64,000 bases of DNA from Octopus sinensis (GCF_006345805.1 NC_043016.1:992001-1056000); one strand, 5' to 3'; positions 1 through 13,650 are shown, counted from the stretch's first letter. A program made the numbers and translations. The notes: generated by a model not told the origin, from the letters alone.

Positions 1-489
1 ATAAAAAGATGATTGTTTGATTTGAGGAAGATTTAGTTATTTCTTGCAAGTCTGGCATGGGGTTAATTATTTAGAGAAGTGGGTATATGGGCAGGGAGGG
101 AGAATAGTTTGGTTTTGGTAGGTCCGTAGGTCTGTAGGTAGGTAGGTAGGTAAGTGGGTAGGTAAGCTGGCAGGCTGGTTGGTTTGTTGTGATTTAGCAG
201 AGTAGGTAAGTAGATCCAAGGGAAAGGAGGTATTTAGACAGGTAGGTATATAAGCGGAAGGATAAAGAGGTAGGCAGTCTTCTTTTTTTCTTGGGTAGAG
301 AGATAAGTTAATTAAGTTGGCTGGAACAAAAATCTGAATCCAAAATTCAGAGTTGGTTATCAATTCCAACTACCCACCCCTTTGCCAAACCTTCCAAAAT
401 AAGCAACACAACCAACCAACAAACCTTACCCCCTCATAAGCAGAACAATAACAACAACAACAAGAATGTAAAAACCAAAACGCAAAGAT

Positions 490-1310
490 TCTTTCGACTG
501 GTTTGTGCTTTCATTTTAATGCCTGAACACAGATGCAAATATGACCACACAATGAAGCAAATGATAACAGAAGGATAATTTATTGACTGCAGGAAATATT
601 CCATAGGAATGAGACCAGAAATGTTCCACTAGCAGCTAATGAATATGACATTATGTACGTGTGTGTGTGTGTGTATGCCATATTCCCCCCACACCCCCAA
701 ATACATAAAGGTACATATGACTGAGTGTGTGTGTATAGGTATATATATATATATATGTATATGTATATTTATGCACACACATACATTATACACATGTATA
801 TTTACCTCTTTCGCCCTATATAGGTGTGTGTGTGCATTTATACTCACACATGCACATATATGTATGTGTATAGAGAGAGAGGGAGGGAGAGAGAGATGAG
901 GGAGCCAACGAAGGAGATTATTTGTGTGTGTAGGAAATCTACATACAATCTATGTCCATCATAATCACTCACATTAGTCAAATATAACACATGTTAGACT
1001 TACAATCATAATTAGTCTTGCTTTGGCACTAACAAGATGCTAGTTTATTAATTCTTCATATTTATTAGCATCCATGGCCAACTTCCAACTGATTATTTAA
1101 GAGACAAATATTCCATGTACATTTACCTGAAATTTTGCATTCATTTGCAACTGCTCTTATAGTTGTCTGCATTATTCTTTATCATCCTTCAGTTTTAACC
1201 ATTTCTGTGCTTGCATATGGAGCTAATCATACAGTATGATATCATAATTCCTCAGGCATTTCATTGAATCTTATTCACAAGAGACTGTTACAACTTAGCA
1301 TCCATTTATA

Positions 1311-1347
<37 letters not shown>

Positions 1348-3488
1348 TCACACATATATATACATATACTTGTAGAGATACTCGCCATTGCTTGGGATTA
1401 AAATGGTGTAGTCTGTATATATATTACAGGTGTGTTGAAACAGGTGATACGGGAAAGTGCAGCATTGACAACAAAGCATTTGTGGACTAATTCGAACCAG
1501 TGACATGTCATGCATCAGTTTGGAGTATTCCAGACCCTAACTTGTCATGAAAACTTGGGGGTGGCGGGTATGAGATATGATTTTTGGGATATACTGAAAA
1601 GCTGTCAGTGGATATACTCTCCTTTGCAGCAGCGGTCAGCACAGCATCTAACATGACCCATCATATGGTTGACAGTCAAATGAATGTAGGTGTAATGGAG
1701 ATAGTGTACGGAAATGGGTACGTATGTATATGTATATGTATAGACAGACAGACAAACAGACAGGCATGGTTGTAGTGTAAGGAGCTTTTTTTCCCAACCA
1801 TACACGGTTCTACGTTGAATCCCTCTGCATGGAAACTCAGGCAAGTATATTCTACTCTTACCTTGGGCTGAACAAAATCTATGTGTGTGTGTAGTGGTTC
1901 AGCAAAGAGGCTGAGAGGATAAGTGATATGCTTAAAATAAAAAAAAGTACTGCGATCGATACATTTGACTAAAAATTCGGTGATGCCCCAGCATGGCCAC
2001 AGGCAAATGTCTAAAACAATTAATATATATATATGTATATATATATATATTTATATATATACATGATATCTATTATATTTTGGTTCATCTCATAATGACC
2101 TTGTTTCATTTGACTATTAAAGGTATTATTATCAGTGGTGGTAGTCAGTTGGACTGTCCACACCGCTAATATCACCATCAATATGATCAATATACAATTC
2201 CTCCACAAACACAAGGGTGTTGTAGTACATGTGATTAAATCTATCCCCATTATTTTACTGGTAATATTTATATCATACAAATCAATAAAATGCTGGAGAG
2301 TGTATATAATATGTATTTATTAACTAACCTGGTTCAGCAATAGAGACACAACACCATGGTGTTGGCTGAAAGTAATGGATGAGGAAAGAAAAACATGAAA
2401 AAAAAAACAAACATCACACAGCTTGAGATAATAGTTATTAGGTCATTAAAGAAAACAAATGTAATTAGGTCACAATAACTTAATTAGAGCAATTATTACG
2501 CATATACTCACACACACACATATATTTATTCAATATACACTCTACACAGTAGAACAATGATATATACACGCCTGTGTAAACCCAGAAATGTAAAAACTGG
2601 AAAAATACTGCTAATAACTCTGACAGCTTATATAAACATGAAATTTAGGAAGGAAAGAAGGGCTACAGGTAATCATATGAACCCCAGTACATGACTGGTA
2701 TTGCAAAGATGGAAGGAGAAGTTGACCGTGGCAGGATTTGAACTCTGAATGTAAAGAGTCGTAAATAAAATAACACAATTTATTTCCTCTAAAAGTAATA
2801 AGAATAATCAAGAACTGGAGAAAAGAAGGAAGACAGTTTATTAAAGAAACCCCTGGGTATTACTGGTACAGATTATATTGGCCCCAGAGTGATACTAAAT
2901 ATTCTGGTAGGATTTGAACATGGAACATAAAAGAGACAAATGTAAATACTGTGAGGGGATGATTCTGTATTTAGCCCAGGGTCAGAGTAAATAGGGAAAC
3001 TACAAAGGAGAGAGAGTGAGGAAGAAAAGGAGAAAGAGAGAGAAAGTAGTTCTAGATGTGATGAAAAGAAGAAGAGAGAGGATTTGAACCTGTGACGTTG
3101 AGGTAATGGAGAACGAGATGAAGTAAAGTGTCCAGTCAGGCAACAACAATAACAATTATGGTGATGATTAATTAATGAAGCAGATTACAGTGTTATTTCA
3201 GTGCGAAAGAGAGAAGAAAGACAATGACCCCATGGTGGGATTATGACATGAATGACTGAATGAAAGAGAAACAAACATTATTGAAAACATAAAAGAAACA
3301 GATTTGGACATTCCAGATCCAATGGGGACTTACCCCCAAACTGTCACATGCAGTGGTGTGTCTCCATCCTTGTCCACCACATTGGCATCGATGCCATTGT
3401 GACCCAACAACATTTCGACATTGTGCAAGTGTCCCCTCAAACAGGCCCAGTGCAGCGGTGTGCGACACATGTTATCTCGTTGATTCAC
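490..3488 (-). pseudogene. Possible degenerate ankyrin-repeat/RING (mind-bomb-like) multi-exon gene remnant
   Basis: Clear ankyrin exon at 3334-3488. Weaker degenerate pieces on the minus strand: HLTVNHMMGHVRC and a GNTP-like segment (~1480-1700) and LCGHICICVQ followed by KMKAQTSRK (RING-like, ~490-560). Stops and frameshifts throughout; family assignment is tentative. Confidence 0.35.
3334..3488 (-). CDS. Ankyrin-repeat exon (155 nt)
   Basis: Polypyrimidine-CAG acceptor, open frame [52 protein letters not shown], then GTAAGT donor. The TPLH motifs are typical of ankyrin repeats. Confidence 0.8.
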
Positions 3489-3589
3489 CTGAAAAAGAAA
3501 AGAATAAAAACATTAAAAATGGTGTCTGAAAGGGGAGTCGGGTGGTGAAGAATTAAAAGAAAAACTCAACATAAAAGAGAAGAGAAGGC

Positions 3590-3882
3590 GCAGGAGTGGC
3601 TGTGTGGTAAGTAGCTTGCTAACCAACCACATGGTTCCGGGTTCAGTTCCACTGCGTGGCATCTTGGGCAAGTGTCTTCTGCTATAGCCCCGGGCCGACC
3701 ATTGCCTTGTGAGTGGATTTGGTAGACGGAAACTGAAAGAAGCCTGTCGTATATATGTATATATATATATATGTATGTGTTTGTGTGTCTGTGTTTGTCC
3801 CCCTAGCATTGCTTGACAACCGATGCTGGTGTGTTTACGTCCCCATCACTTAGCGGTTCGGCAAAAGAGACCGATAGAATAA
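3590..3882 (+). mobile_element. tRNA-derived SINE (family A), 3'-truncated
   Basis: Head ggagtggctgtgtggtaagtagcttgc...ggttcagttcc (A/B-box-like), ttgggcaagtgtcttct core and internal microsatellite; the same family recurs many times in the window. Confidence 0.8.
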
Positions 3883-4887
3883 ATAAATAAATTGCAGTTA
3901 AATGCACGTCTTTCAAAGTAATCCAAATTTCATTCCCTAAATATAAACAATTTGTATGGAATTACTTTCAAATCTATACATATAGATATGCATACATATA
4001 TACAGGCACACATAATTTTATGCAACCCCATATATATAGATGTGCTCCCCACTGTCAAAAATTATTGCCACCACCACACTTATAGTATCGCTGTAGCCTT
4101 CCCAACTTGTGTACCCCACTCCCTCAATTGTTACAGATGTTGAAACTTCCACGTCACAAACCCTAGCAGACCATGACTACCACAGCCAGCTACAGCTCCT
4201 GCTGCTTCAAGAGCCACCTCGATGCCTGATCTCCTCAGAAATACTTGTGTATCACCAGATTCATAGTTGGTCAAAAGGCTGGTAGGTTACCTCAAGTTCT
4301 GAAGTTAGCGTTGACAAAAACAGGATAGGGTTGAGAATAAGAATCTCCTCCAGAATGTTTATTATCAATTTTATGAAAATAATCTTTATCTGGACATTTG
4401 AAAACTCATCTCTGTAAAGTTTAATTTAAAGAAACCATTATTGAAAAGCTAATAAGGAATCTGTCTAGTGTGGGGGCACTAAACTGTACTTATGCCTCAT
4501 GTTCTTCCTTTGTGCTCCCTTTGTGCTCCCCTTTGTAATTTTTTTTTGTGGGGGGATCATTGTTTATGTACATATTTGACAACTTTACAATATTCCTGAG
4601 TATAAAATAATTAATAACTTATGTCATTGTATAACGTATTTAATGAGGGAAGCATTTAAAATACAATAAACAATAAAATATACTGTAATTACAGGATGCG
4701 ATATTCAAGAAAGAATAAAAGAACAATGTGTGGGGTTGTCAGGAGGAGGAGATTTGGTATAGAGGCCCTTAGAACATGGAAAGGAAACTGCATAAACAAA
4801 TGGAAAAAATATAAAATCCTTGGAAATACTTTCATCACAATTTACAACACAGAAATATTAAATATAGCAAACAATAAACCATAGGAA

Positions 4888-5390
<503 letters not shown>

Positions 5391-6149
5391 CATATGATCT
5401 CATCTCTTTTATGAGGTGTTAAGGGAAAAATCTATTCTATAATTTTTCTCTCTCTCTTTTCTCTTACTTTTCCTCTCAAATCCCAGTCAATATATTTTTC
5501 TTGCTTTATTTTTATACTTTGTTCTTTACATACACTTCTGCTGCTGTATTTCTGTCCAGTGTGACCTTTGTTTAGCAACCCTTTCATAAATTTATCAAAC
5601 TTTAATCATGACACAGTTTCTGATTAATTATTTACCGCTGCCACCATGTTATGCATTCTTTCGTTCGTGATGGGATGATAGACAACTCAATGAAGGCATT
5701 GTTGCTGTTTTACGTGTTTATTTAGCTTAACCTGTTTACGAACTGTCAATATACAGCAGAGTAATACACATTGTGTGCATCCGCTCTAGACGCAGTTCCC
5801 ACTGTTTACTAACGAATAGTGGGGATGCACTCATACATACGCACACCTACGTATACACATAGATATGAATGTGTAACACAGTGTCCAACAATTTCCGACC
5901 TGTGGGCTTATGTCGACAACTGCTGTCATACTTCCTGAGCCCCCGTATTTTTTCCCCATAACTTTCCTACTTTTTAATGATAATCATTGATTTTCGATGA
6001 CTATTATGTTGAGAAAATGGAAGCATTTGATGAGTTTCAAACCAATCGCAACTCCAGAGATAATTGTTGATTAAGACATTGAAAGGGATGGATTTTCAGA
6101 AAATTTCATGAAGAATATTTATTTTAAAAGCTTCATGAGGAACATACAA

Positions 6150-7000
6150 CCACATATATATATAATAAATTATTAGGGAATAAATCCAAACTTACGGGAA
6201 AAATCAGATTTAGGATTAAATCCAATTTTATTAAAATATATTATATAATATTATATTAAATTAGAGATAAACCACTATTAGGCAAATCAAACAATGAAAA
6301 ACATAACCAATACATAAAATTAATTAATTTATATTATTTTAAATATATACAAAGTATTAAAAGTTAATAAAAGATAAAGAGTAAACACTACGATCCTTTC
6401 ATGGCTGTACAATTCGTAATAATTCGAGTTTGGTTACAGTCAATCTTCAGGTTAATTGAAATATCTAAATATAATCAGAAATATTTAAACAATATTTTAA
6501 AGATATAATAATATAATAATTTTACTTATAATAAACTCTATTATCAAACTATATCAAAATCGACTATAATGTTAATATTTAATTTAATTTATAGGTAGGA
6601 ACCCACCATAATCTAATATCGGTATTAGTCCTATATCTAATTACATAAATATTTAAAAATGACTAATATATATAAATTAACAATGAAAATATATAAACGT
6701 ATATAATATTATAATTAAGATCTAAAATAATCTCTATAAATAAATATATATGCACATATAATAAAAACCTCATAAATGAATTTTTCATATTTAAAGATGA
6801 AATAGCTAATTTGAAAATACAAATAAACAAACTTAAACGAACTTTCAGAAATCTTATGTAAAATACTTATAGAAACAATCATTTCGTAGTAATATAGTAT
6901 CGAATAAATACTATAAATACTATAAATATAATTATCAATGGGAATAACTAGCGAATATCAATTTAAAGAAATAACTAAGTTATGCTATTAAATTAGACAT
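6150..7000. repeat. AT-rich dispersed repeat, possibly Penelope-like pLTR-derived
   Basis: Very AT-rich block with a degenerate hammerhead-like motif on the minus strand at 6385-6455. Confidence 0.35.
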
Positions 7001-7055
7001 GGCCTGGACCAATCTTTAGTCGAAACATATCTAAGTTTATCAAAGTTTAGGCACA

Positions 7056-7440
7056 GGAATGGCTGTGTGGTAAGTAGCTTGCTTACAAACCAGATGGTTC
7101 CGGGTTCAGTCCCACGTGGTAACTTGGGTAATTGTTTTCTACCATAGACTCAGGCCGACTAAAGTCTTGTGTGTCGATTTGGTAGACGAAAATTGAAAGA
7201 ACCTCGTTTTATACATATATATATATATGTATATATATGCATTTGTTTGTGTTTGTCCCCCACCATCGCTTGACAACCGATGTTGGTGTGCTTACGCTCC
7301 CGTAACTTAGCGGTGCGGCAAAGAGATCGATAGAATAAGTACTAGGCTTACAAAGAATGTATTGTCATGGGGGCAATTTCCTCGACTAAATGCGGTGCTC
7401 CAGCATGGCCAAAGTTAAATGATGGTGTAAAAGAGTAAAA
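7056..7440 (+). mobile_element. SINE family A, full length
   Basis: Head, core, internal (TA)n, 3' tail gcggtgctccagcatggcc and aaagagt-type terminal repeats. Confidence 0.8.
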
Positions 7441-7459
7441 GTGTAAAAAAGATCTATTT

Positions 7460-7508
<49 letters not shown>

Positions 7509-7519
7509 CATATATCATC

Positions 7520-7750
7520 ATCATCATCATCATTTAGCGTCCGTTTTCCATGCTAGCATGGGTTGGACGGTTCAACTGGGGTCTGTGAAGCTGGAAGGCT
7601 TCATCAGGCCCAGTCGATCTGGCAGTGTTTCTACGGCTGGATGCCCCTTCCTAACGCCAACCACTCCGTGAGTGTAGTGGGTGCTTTTTACGTGCCACCA
7701 GCACAGGTGCCAGACAGAGTGGCAAACGGCCACGAACGGATGGTGCTTTT
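7520..7750 (-). mobile_element. SINE-like element with (TGA)n tail
   Basis: Plus strand (cat)n ttagcgtccgttttcc...ctggatgccccttcctaacgccaacc. A (TGA)n tail suggests RTE dependence (inference). Confidence 0.55.
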
Positions 7751-8199
7751 GAGAGAGAGGCGCAGGTGTGCTGTGTGGTAATAACTTGCTTACCACCACT
7801 GGTTCCCGGTTCATTTTCACTGCATGGCCAAATGTGCAAGTGTCTTCTGCTATAGCCCCAGGCTGAGCAAACCTTGTGAGTGGATTTGTAGATAGAGACT
7901 GAAAGAAGCTCGTCGTATGTATATATATATAAATATGTATAAATCTATATATATGTGTGTGTGTGTGTACATATATATATACATATGTGTTTGTGTATAT
8001 GTGTGTGTGTTATGTGTGTCTGTGTGTACATGTGTGTGTTTGTATGTGTGTGTGTGTATAAATATATTTATATGTAGATATGTATGTGTGTATACACGTG
8101 TGTGTATATACAATAGAACTCTCTATTACCTACTCCCCACCCCAATCATTCCACCTGTTTAATTAATTTCATTCCTTCTCTCTCTTTACTCTTTTTACT

Positions 8200-8612
8200 C
8201 TTTTAATTGTTTCAGTCATTTGACTACAGCCATGCTGGAGCCCCGCCTTTAGTCGAGCAAATCGACCAGGGACTTATTCTTTGTAAGCCCAGTACTTATT
8301 CTATCAGTTCTCTTTTGCCGAACCGCTAAGTGAAGGGGACGTAAACACACCAGCATCGGTTGTCAAGCAATGCTGAGGGGGACAACCAAACCACACCACA
8401 CAACACATCATATATATATATACATATATTATATACATATATACGACAGGCTTCTTTCAGTTTCCGTCTACCAAATCCACTCACAAGGCAATGGTCGGCC
8501 CGGGGCTATAGCAGAAGACACTTGCCCAAGATGCTGCGCAGTGAAACTGAACCCGGAACCATGTGGTTGGTTAGCAAGCTACTTACCACACAGCCACTCC
8601 TGCGCCTTCTCT
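8200..8612 (-). mobile_element. SINE family A, full length
   Basis: Reverse complement of the family A head, core and tail. Confidence 0.8.
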
Positions 8613-8981
8613 TCTCTTTTATGTTGAGTTTTTCTTTTAATTCTTCACCACCCGACTCCCCTTTCAGACACCATTTTTAATGTTTTTATTCTTTTCTTTT
8701 CCAGGTGAATCAACGAGATAACATGTGTCGAACACCGTTGCAATGGGCCTGTTTGAGGGGACACTTGCACAATGTCGAAATGTTGTTGGGTCACAATGGC
8801 ATCGATGCCAATGTGGTGGACAACGATGGAGACACACCACTGCATGTGGAAGTTTGGGGGTAAGTCCCCATTGGATCTGGAATGTCCAAATCTGTTTCTT
8901 TTATGTTTTCAATAATGTTTGTTTCTCTTTCATTCAGTCATTCATGTCATAATTCCACCATGGGGTCATTGTCTTTCTTCT
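8298..8981. repeat. Right arm of inverted duplication (partner 3212-3882)
   Basis: Reverse complement of the left arm; ends exactly where LINE sequence begins at 8982. Confidence 0.9.
8705..8859 (+). CDS. Duplicated ankyrin-repeat exon
   Basis: CAG|[52 protein letters not shown]|GTAAGT; three amino acid changes versus the 3334-3488 copy. Confidence 0.7.
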
Positions 8982-9948
8982 GAGTTAAGCAGCTTCTTCT
9001 GGTTGGAAACCATGTTGGGTGTCAGGCAGCAAGTCATTTTCTTCAAGGAAGGTGATTAGTTTCCTTCTGACTATTCGTTCCATGACCTTGCTGAGTGTGA
9101 GGTCAGAGAGATAGTCTGTAGTTCTTGGCCCCGCTCTGCTACCACCTCCTTTATGAATAGGGCATATTTTTACCTTCCTCAGTTTTCTTGGAAGTTTGCC
9201 AGTTGCAATGAAGCTCTGAAAGAGAAACTGCAGTGGTCTTGCTAGTACTCTCTTTACATACTTTTAGAAGGATTGCCGGGAATCCATCGGGGCCAGTAGC
9301 TGAGCTTGTTTTTCATCTCATCTATAGCCTTTATTACATCGTCTTCCTTTATATCGACGTAATCTATCGTCGCCGCCTCTGATTTTATATCTGCAGTGGT
9401 GAAGAAGTCAGTTGGATTGGTGATTTGGAAATGCCCAAGGAGTGGGGTGAAAACACTCTTGAATTGCTCATTTAGTATCACACTTACCCTCATTGGATTC
9501 CTGTGAGTGTGCCATTCCTTTCAAGGAATGGCCCTATCCTACAGTGCACCGTAGCTGTTTCTTTGGCATACCTGTAGAAAGCTCTGGGGTTAGATTTTAT
9601 GTTGTCTATAGCCCAGGCTTCTTTGTCTGCTCTTTCCTTTTCATGGGAGAGTTGCAGACATTTTTCAATTTCCAACAGTTTTATTTTCAGGCGGGACTTT
9701 TCATTTTTTCTGTTTCAATTTGTTTGTTTAGGCGATTTGAGATTTTGTACGCCGTCTCATTATGAATTTTCCTCTCTCTGGGGATTTTGTTCTTGTGTAC
9801 AGTGGCCTTTCTCTCTGGGACACATTTGTAGCATATGGCTTGCATTACAGACATGAATTGTTAAAGCTTCATGTCGATGTCTGGCGAGGAGAGACATTCA
9901 GGCCAGTTTTGTTTGAGGGTCTCTTTCTCAATTTGTTTCCAGTTTGCC

Positions 9949-10842
9949 TTATGCAAGTTCAAGCTGGAAAGATTCTGAAGTTCTTGTAGGCTGCATGTCC
10001 TTGCCTTCCTTTGGCCCGTACATGGTCAACTCTACCATGTGTGATCCGAGAGTAGTGTCGGTGTCACTTTCCACATTATGGATGAGATCCATATTATTTG
10101 TGAAGCAGAGATCCAGTGTGTTACCTGCCCTGGTTGGTTGGAGTATTACTTGCTCCATGTACAGGGTGTTGATGAGGTTCAGGAGGGACCTCGCCTGTCC
10201 TTGTTCACATCGTGTCATTCCTGGGAGAGAAAGGCCCTCGGGCCATCTGACATTGGGTAGATTGAAGTCTCTCATGAGAAGTACACTTATGTGTTGTTCT
10301 AGTGTGACTAGAACTTCTATTTTTATAAGGCAGTCTTCAAACTTGCCTATATGGCTTGGGGCATCTGGAGGGCGATATGTAGCACACACAACTACACCAA
10401 GTTGCCATACATGTACAATTAGTGTGTCACACACCGAGTTTGAGTATGACAAAAGGATCTGGGGTGTGAGGTCCTCACGGATGTACATAGCAACTCCTCC
10501 ATGACTCCTTTCTTTTCTGTCGGTCCGTAGTACAACATAATGTAGTATGTGTAATTCCGCATCCGCTATGTCCGGTTTCAGGTGTGTTTCCGTAAGTGCT
10601 ATGCATAAGGCTTGATTGCATGCAACAAAGTCTCTCAAGAACGGGATTTTTGTCCTGTTACTGTGTGTTAGCAGTCCTCTGATGTTCAGTAGGAGCATCG
10701 AGGTGAGGTGTATGCTGTTGCCGGTGGTGTCCACCTTGGGTCTATTTGCTGTGGTGGTCTTGTGAATTGTGGATGGTCCCATCTGCGGGCTTGAGTTTGA
10801 TGGAGCCAGGTTAGCTGCTGTACAATCTTTTGTGCCATGCAC
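9949..10842 (-). CDS. Apurinic-like endonuclease domain of LINE ORF2
   Basis: Conserved APE motifs as listed for the 8982-11630 element. Confidence 0.9.
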   Translation of the reverse strand: MHGTKDCTAANLAPSNSSPQMGPSTIHKTTTANRPKVDTTGNSIHLTSMLLLNIRGLLTHSNRTKIPFLRDFVACNQALCIALTETHLKPDIADAELHILHYVVLRTDRKERSHGGVAMYIREDLTPQILLSYSNSVCDTLIVHVWQLGVVVCATYRPPDAPSHIGKFEDCLIKIEVLVTLEQHISVLLMRDFNLPNVRWPEGLSLPGMTRCEQGQARSLLNLINTLYMEQVILQPTRAGNTLDLCFTNNMDLIHNVESDTDTTLGSHMVELTMYGPKEGKDMQPTRTSESFQLELA

Positions 10843-11623
10843 AAAAAAGATTCTTGTTCAGCAGCTGCCCTTTCAACAACACGTTGGCAGTTTGTGGCAC
10901 GCACCACATCTGCGTACCTCCGTTTTGGGGCAGGTGGTGCGTGGTCCATTCCTTTTCCTTTAGGTAGTTGGTTTCTGACCTGTTTCGAGTTTATGTGGCA
11001 GGGTCTTCGATGTGCAAAACGGCCGTCTGCACCTTCCTCTCCATGCCAGCAGACACCTTTCATGTAGAATTTACATATTCGTGTGCTCTGTCTGTTTCTA
11101 TCCTTTTTGGTACATGGATAGTTAGGTTTGCTTCTATCCTTGGCTGTTTCATCTTTTGGTTTTGCTTGAGTTTTAGTTTTTCCTTCTTTGGCTGTTTCAT
11201 CTTTTGTTCTTCTTTTAGTTTTTCCTCCTCTTATTTCATTTTTGGCTCTTTCATCTCCATGGCTTTTGGTGCTGGTAGGAGCACTTACACTTGGGTTTAC
11301 TTCCCGGGCAGGTTTCTCAGTTGAATCCTTTTCCTGGGTGGTTACCAAGTGGGGGTGACATTTTCATCAGCACCCGCGCCTCCATCCTTGCCATCTTTAC
11401 TTTGTTCGTTGTCAAAGATGGCATCAAGCGTTCCAATGTGAGATCTTATGAGTGCATAGGAGCGTATAAACTCCTGCTTTTTTCGCTCTATCTGCGCTAT
11501 CGTTCTTTTATATCCACTGCTCTTCAGCGCAGCTGTAATTATGTTATTCGGATTTTCTCCGTCGGCGCATCGCCATCCTCTCAGAAACAACGCCAATTCG
11601 TTACTTTTCCAGGTTCTGGACAT
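10686..11623 (-). CDS. LINE ORF1 remnant (one frameshift near 11345): trihelix/Myb-SANT-like N-terminus and CCCH-like finger
   Basis: WKSNELALFLRGW...IITAALKSSGYKRTIAQIERKKQEFIRSY, then CKFYMKGVCWHGEEGADGRFAH (third Cys is GGC, one base from TGC). Confidence 0.6.
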
Positions 11624-12126
11624 TCTTGATATTTTATTTATCTATCTATCTAATTATATTAATTTATATATTAATTTATATTAATTTAATAGTGCGATAG
11701 GGGGTAGAGAAGAAATAGAGAAAGAAAGCGTCTATGTACTTAAAGAGAGATTGAGAGCTGAAAGAAGATAAGAAGAGAGTAATGAAGAGACAAGGAAGGC
11801 GTGAGGGAGAGAAGTGAAGAGACAGAGAGAGAAAGAAGAAATAGAAAAAGAATATATATATCTGTCCGCAGCTACAGACAATTTCTAAACTAAACTAATA
11901 TTTGTATCTTCTGTTTATATACATTCATGTAATTTGTATTTTGTTTTTGTTGTTGTTGCTTTTGTTCTAATTTTGTTCATGTGTTTACATCCACCCAATA
12001 TTATCATTACATATGCTTGTATGTATGTATAACAACAATATTAGTAATAATAAAAATAAAATTATCGAAAAAAAAAAAAAGAAAATCTAATCGGAAAAAA
12101 AAAATATATATATATACATATATATT

Positions 12127-13650
12127 TCCAAGAAAATTGAAGGAAGGTAAAATATGCCCCATTCATAAAGGAGGCAGCAGAGCGGAGGCCAAGAACTACA
12201 GACCTATCTCTCTGACCTCACACATCAGCAAGGTCATGGAACGAATAGTCAGAAGGAAACTGATCACCTTCCTTGAAGAAAATGACTTGCTGTCCGACAC
12301 CCAACATGGTTTCCGACCAGGGAGAAGCTGTTTAACTCAGCTCCTACAACACTATGACTGGGTGCTGAAACGGCTGCTCAACCACTCAAATGTGGAAGTG
12401 ATATATCTCGACTTTGCAAAGGCCTTTAATAAAGTCGATCATGGAATGATATGTCACAAACTGCGTGATCTCAACATAGTTGGAAAACTGGGAGAATGGC
12501 TTCATGACTTTCTGAAAGATAGAAGTCAGGTGGTAGTAGCCAATGGGGCCACTTCCATAAAACACGCAAATAGTGAGCGGTGTTCCGCAGGGCACTGTTC
12601 TGGGACCACTACTGTTCATAATGGCCCTCTCAGACATGCCCTCAGCCACGCAGAGAGCCACGATCACAAATTATGCAGATGATACAAAAGTTTCACAGGA
12701 AATACAGAACCCTGAGGACACTAAACGCCTGCAATGTGAGCTGGACAAAATATACAAGTGGGCTGAAAAGAATAGCATGCAGTTCAATGCTGAAAAGTTT
12801 CAAGCTTTATACTATCAGCATGCAAAACTAAATGCAATACCCAATGAATACACTGGACCCGGAGGAATAGCAATCCCAGAGGCACAATAGTGTGTGACCT
12901 GGGTATTTACATGAGTGATGACGCAACCTTTCGTGTACATGTTGCTAAATTGGCAATGAAATGTAGACGACTGGCCGGATGGATTCTCAGAACCTTTAGA
13001 ACAAAGAACCAGAAACCATGATGGTCCTCTGGAGGACACTTGTGCTAAGCCACTTTGACTACTGCTCTCAGTTATGGTCACCATCCAGTGTCAAGTTGAT
13101 CACAGAGCTCGAGGCGATCCAGCGTAGCTACACAAAGAAGATAGCCTCTATGCAGAATGTAAGCTACTGGGAAAGACTCAAGAGATTAAAACTATATTCC
13201 TTGGAGCGTAGGCGGGAAAGATATGCCATAATATACATCTGGAAGATCCTGGAGGGACGTGTCCCAAACTTTGGCATCGAGAGTTTACACATGCCAGAAC
13301 TGGGCGCAACTGCGTGGTGCCTAGGACTCCAAATTTGCCATCAAGATGTAGGACAAGATACTGTGATAGCCTGGGCTTCCGAGGCCCACAGCTCTTCAAT
13401 ATCCTCCCGAAGAACCTGAGAGACCTGCATGGGGTGGATGCAGATGTCTTGAAAATGGAACTGGATCGCTTCCTGTCAGGTGTCCCAGATGAACCAACTT
13501 CACGGCAGGAGGTGCAGATGAGGGCAGCTGTATCGAACTCTATCATGCACCAAATGGCAGTTGCTAAAACGCTTTCGTGAAGTAAAACCATGTAGCAACA
13601 CCAAATGGCGGTGCCCCAGCATGGCCACAGCTCATGAGCTGAAATTAGAA
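12127..13650 (+). mobile_element. CR1/L2-like LINE, 3' half (RT to 3' tail), frameshifted
   Basis: NYRPISLTSHISKVMER, QHGFRPGRSCLTQL, YLDFAKAFNKVDH, GVPQGTVLGP, YADDTK, YSLERRRERY. Ends in ggcggtgccccagcatggccacagctcatgagctgaaa followed by microsatellite. Confidence 0.9.

Larger units (their letters stand above)
3212..3882. repeat. Left arm of ~0.68 kb inverted duplication (partner 8298-8981)
   Basis: Near-identical reverse complement including intron sequence, the ankyrin exon and part of a SINE. Confidence 0.9.
8982..11630 (-). mobile_element. CR1/L2-like LINE, 5' half (ORF1, APE, start of RT), degenerate
   Basis: APE motifs LLLNIRGL, IALTETHL, GGVAMYI, YRPP, DFNLP, TRAGNTLDL (ORF 9949-10842). 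RT N-terminal motifs (KICPIHKGG, KVMERIVR, QHGF) at ~8990-9190. Confidence 0.9.

Noticed and set aside
4150-4260. Possible additional ankyrin exon on the minus strand (ESGDTQVFLRRSGIEV..GCGSHG)
   Set aside because: Too degenerate, and no convincing splice sites to support a separate feature.
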